DNA from: Nemertoderma westbladi
Taxonomy: Eukaryota; Animalia; Xenacoelomorpha
DNA: 50,131 bases
NCBI GenBank assembly: GCA_032718475.1
Contig: JAUCBJ010005000.1
Coordinates: 1-50,131 of the forward strand
Direction of reading: 5' to 3'
Positions 46,701 through 50,131 of the stretch are shown piece after piece; the stretch's first letter is position 1; each line of letters opens with the position of its first letter. The notes under the pieces were generated by a model. It had not been told where the DNA came from, ran no database searches, and worked only from the letters and a program-made list of their open reading frames with translations. The position numbers and the translations under genes were made by a program.

Positions 46701-47465
46701 TATAAACAAACATAAATAGCAAATCGAAGGATCGCTATATAACCATTCTTTCTCTAAAAATTTAGGGGTTTAAAAAATCGAAGAAACAGTACAGAACCAT
46801 AAAAAAACTCTAGCCACCTTTGTTGTGTTCTCCAGCAAAACAATTCACTGTTTTTTATATTATCTCAAATAAACAACCCCTCGGGCAAAACTGATTCTCG
46901 AAGAGTTGCCGAGACTAATTTAAGAACGCTGCTATCGCAGGTGTGGAATGGGTTCTTATGGTGGGTGCTCCGGGTCCACCTAATCGTTTGTTATTTACTG
47001 TTTTCTAATGACAATTTTATTCCAGTATGTAGTAGAATAGTGTTCTAAATTTCGGGTCAAAATAATTTTGTATAATTTCGAAGTGCAACTTTTGTATCTT
47101 GAGTGATAATAGGAACTTTACATCCGACAATTGTCGACATTACGTAAAATAGAATAAAATTAAAGATAGTTGGCTAAATAACTGCATTTATCCAAATAAA
47201 TAACAGTCTAATTTCCGTTAAACAATATATCAAAGGAAAGTAATAAATTTAAACTTACCGCTGTCAATCGTCTAAATAAATAAGATAAAGAGTATGAAAC
47301 AAATTAAGTTTTTCTGAACTCTCTAGCGCTTATTCTTACAATATTTTAGCAGTATCAAGTATAACTTTAACTTATCGAATACTTTATTTGCAGCAAAATA
47401 TCTAAACAAAGTAATATTTCTGCAACTCTATTTCACTAAAATTTTATATTCTATTATATTCTATT

Positions 47466-47540
47466 CTACTACTACTACTAGGTCGAGCGAACTCGGACAG
47501 TGGAAATGAGATCCTTCCAGGCTTCCCGATTCTCCATAGT
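47466..47540 (-). mobile_element. Extremely 5'-truncated RTE-like LINE 3' end with (TAG)5 tail
   Basis: The minus strand reads MENREAWKDLISTVRVRST then TAG five times. M.(D/N)R..W(R/K) followed by a short tandem-repeat tail is the typical RTE 3' end. Confidence 0.6.
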
Positions 47541-48129
47541 AGTCTAGTAACGATATAAAGGAGCAAAAATCTAATGCACTTCCCTATAATAGCCATAGCG
47601 GTGCTCTACTCCAGCAATTTTACAAGGTCACTTCTCTATTCTGTGTTGTGTTTCGGTCAAGATACAAAGTTACAACTATTGTTACCTATCTTTCCATTCG
47701 TCGTAACGCAACGCCATCCCGTGTCTGTACTTGGCTGTGCGATTTATCTCTCCATATCTCGATATTCCATATCAATGACCCAAGAGAATGAAAACGCAAT
47801 GGAGTTTAATCTACTAAATTCTAATTATAATGTAGCCTAATGCATTTTAAGTTTTAAATCTAAGTTAACCGGTAAAGGTGGCTCATCCGTTGGTAAAAGA
47901 GGGCAAAATTATTATGGAGCAATCCATACAAATAGTTAACAGGCGATGATTCAAATCCTACAATTGGCCAATGAAATCACCGCGGATGAATATTCAACTG
48001 TAGTACGTCCTAAATAAGTAGTTAATGAAAATTATACACCGATTTAATTTGACAATATGATCCCAATGCACAATTCTTACTAACACGAAAAAAGAGAATA
48101 TATAATTAAAATTTAATAATTAACAATAA

Positions 48130-50131
48130 ATAACTTATGAGCCCCATTGAAATACATTATTAATTTTATCAGCAAAAGTCTTGAAAATCATAAGTGCAAT
48201 AACAGGAGTATATCAGGACTTGAAGATGGCCCGAGGCATTCAATAAATACATATGATGTCATTCAAGCTGAATTATGAAGATTTCGTCCAAGATTCTCCT
48301 GAAATATTATGCATGCTCCAGCTCCACTGTTTCCAATAGTATTAACAGTAGTGATGTCAAAATACATTGCCTGTACCTGGTCTGAAACTCCCTAATTTTG
48401 TAAAGCATCAACTCAACAACAGGTGCAGAAATCAGTTCACCAGTACCTGATGGTAGCTTAGGGATACTTTTTGATACTCCTTCACTTGATACCAACACAG
48501 GTAGATCGGTTATATTTACAATATAAAACAAACAGATATTAATAAAAAAATATTTAATTGATGTTAAAATATTCCAAGATTCGCTTGTGTTTTTGTTTAA
48601 AATTCAGACCTAACACGCTATATGTCAGCTTAATAAAAGATACGGTTAGAGTTTCTTGCATTGTTAGAGACCCCGGCCTTATTTCTGATTTAACCAAGTT
48701 CGTGTGATAAAGACCATTGAGCAAATTTGACAGTGATGGTATCGGAAAGTTCATTGATGCCGACTTGTATGTGCTTCCCAATCCTTGATATTTAAGTTTC
48801 TTATTCTCAAGTAGTAATATTAATAATACCTTTTGGATGCTTCGGTTAGGACAGCTAGATATTCGTATAATGATCGCCAGAATTTCCCGGAATATTTGCA
48901 TTCGGAGAGGCATTGTTTGTGAGAGCTCGTGGATTACCTGATTGTTGGCATAGCAACCCAAGTGCAAGATCCCACGTATAATCTTTCGGTAAGTAACGTC
49001 AACTCCATCTCTGTCATGTTCAGAAAGGCCCCCTAGATAAAATCTCGTGCTGTATAGAATCTTTGGCACAGCATATGAAGTCCAAAGCTTTGCTATTGTA
49101 TCTAAACTAAACCACTCTGGTGTCCAACTATGGCGGTGAAACTCGTTGGCAATTCCATACAAGATGCTGTCAATTTCTCCCCTCAATTTGTCTGAAGTCG
49201 AAAAATCTTAACTCCTAGAAATTTGATTTGGTTGCAAGGTATTAGAAGTTTACCATTAATATTTAGTACATTCGATTCTTCGAATTTACTTGATATACAA
49301 ATCCATTTAGTTTTGGACTGCTCCATCTCCAGATCTATTTTAGAAGCGCCGTCTTTCAATATTTTGTCCAGCCTTGTGATGTCTTCCTGATACGTTGTAA
49401 GGAGTAAATAGTCGTCAGCATAGCACACTGCTCCTAACCACACTGAAGAGATCGTACATCCAATCTGAGACTTCTCCATTTCATACATAATGTCTGATGT
49501 ATATAAGTTAAAAAGTAGAGGCGACAGAATTGACCCCTGTTTGACCCCATTGGATAGTGAGAAACCTTTAATGTCTACAAGGTTATAAAATTTACAATAC
49601 ATTATAGTTACATTGTAATAACTCATTAACAATAGTGTTGTGTATGGGTCTAAATATTCAGAGAGTTTTCTGAACAGCTTCTCGTGATTTACACTGTCAA
49701 ATGCGGAAGCTATATCCATTTGGCAGAGGTATATTGGTACCTTCCTCTCGCGATAGTATTCAATACTTTCTAGAATCAAAGATATTACAAGGTCGGCTCA
49801 TTTTTTTTCCTATATGCTGTCTGCAACCCATGAGTTTTTAGGTCTGTGAAAGTTGTTATCCTGTATGCTATTACTCCCTCCAATACTTTTCCAAACACAC
49901 TTACGCTTGATACTGGCCCGATAAGATGATGGTTGTTGTGCATCCCTTCCTCCACCTTTAAAGATACTGCTGATTATAGTTTTGCCTAAGAGTGTTGGTA
50001 CCCTGTGTAGTCTTATAGCAACGGCAAAAACGGTTTCTAGTTGAACGCTAATGGTGTCAATGTCCAAACATTGCAAATGTTCAGATGTAAGAGAGGCGAA
50101 GTCTAATGCTTTTCCATGCTTTCTAATGCTT
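48130..50131 (-). mobile_element. Second non-LTR retrotransposon (RT domain plus C-terminal region), frameshifted, continuing past the right edge; clade not assigned
   Basis: RT motifs MDIASAFDSVNHEKLF, GVKQGSILSPLLFNLY, AVCYADDYLLL and KFLGV in ORF 49183-49779. Upstream GKALDFASLTSEHL and IFKGGGRD...SYR. Downstream ORF 48554-49186 is consistent with the thumb region, and an HLLLS remnant near 48410-48425 suggests a decayed zinc knuckle. 3' boundary approximate. Confidence 0.92.

Noticed and set aside
47478-47497. Helitron 3' end (small hairpin plus CTAG) on the minus strand
   Set aside because: The stem is only 4 bp and too close to CTAG; the RTE C-terminus with (TAG)n tail explains the sequence better.
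48554-50131. RT as a retron, group II intron, DGR or telomerase linked to the satellite
   Set aside because: The motifs (AFDSV.H, GV.QG..LSP.LFN, YADD) fit an ordinary non-LTR retrotransposon, the frame is broken, and no template matching the 45-mer was seen nearby.

Overview
Eukaryotic (probably invertebrate animal) DNA with no prokaryotic features. Bases 1 to about 26,975 are one tandem satellite of a 45-bp pyrimidine-rich monomer (24-bp plus 21-bp sub-repeats, (CCTT)n-like), with kilobase-scale higher-order repeats; almost all ORFs in the track for this region are by-products of the repeat. The remaining 23 kb is AT-rich and holds: two probable first exons of a + strand gene with a mitochondrial-presequence-like N-terminus; probable exons of a - strand gene ending in a large exon with a PH-like motif; a DINE-1/HINE-like element; a small MITE-like element; a BEL/Pao 5' LTR with gag remnant joined tail-to-tail to a Ty3/Gypsy pol fragment; a decayed near full-length RTE-type LINE; a tiny RTE 3'-end stub; and a second non-LTR retrotransposon running off the right edge. 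No gene symbol can be assigned with confidence. The satellite architecture is the strongest candidate for something new; its functional interpretations are hypotheses only.
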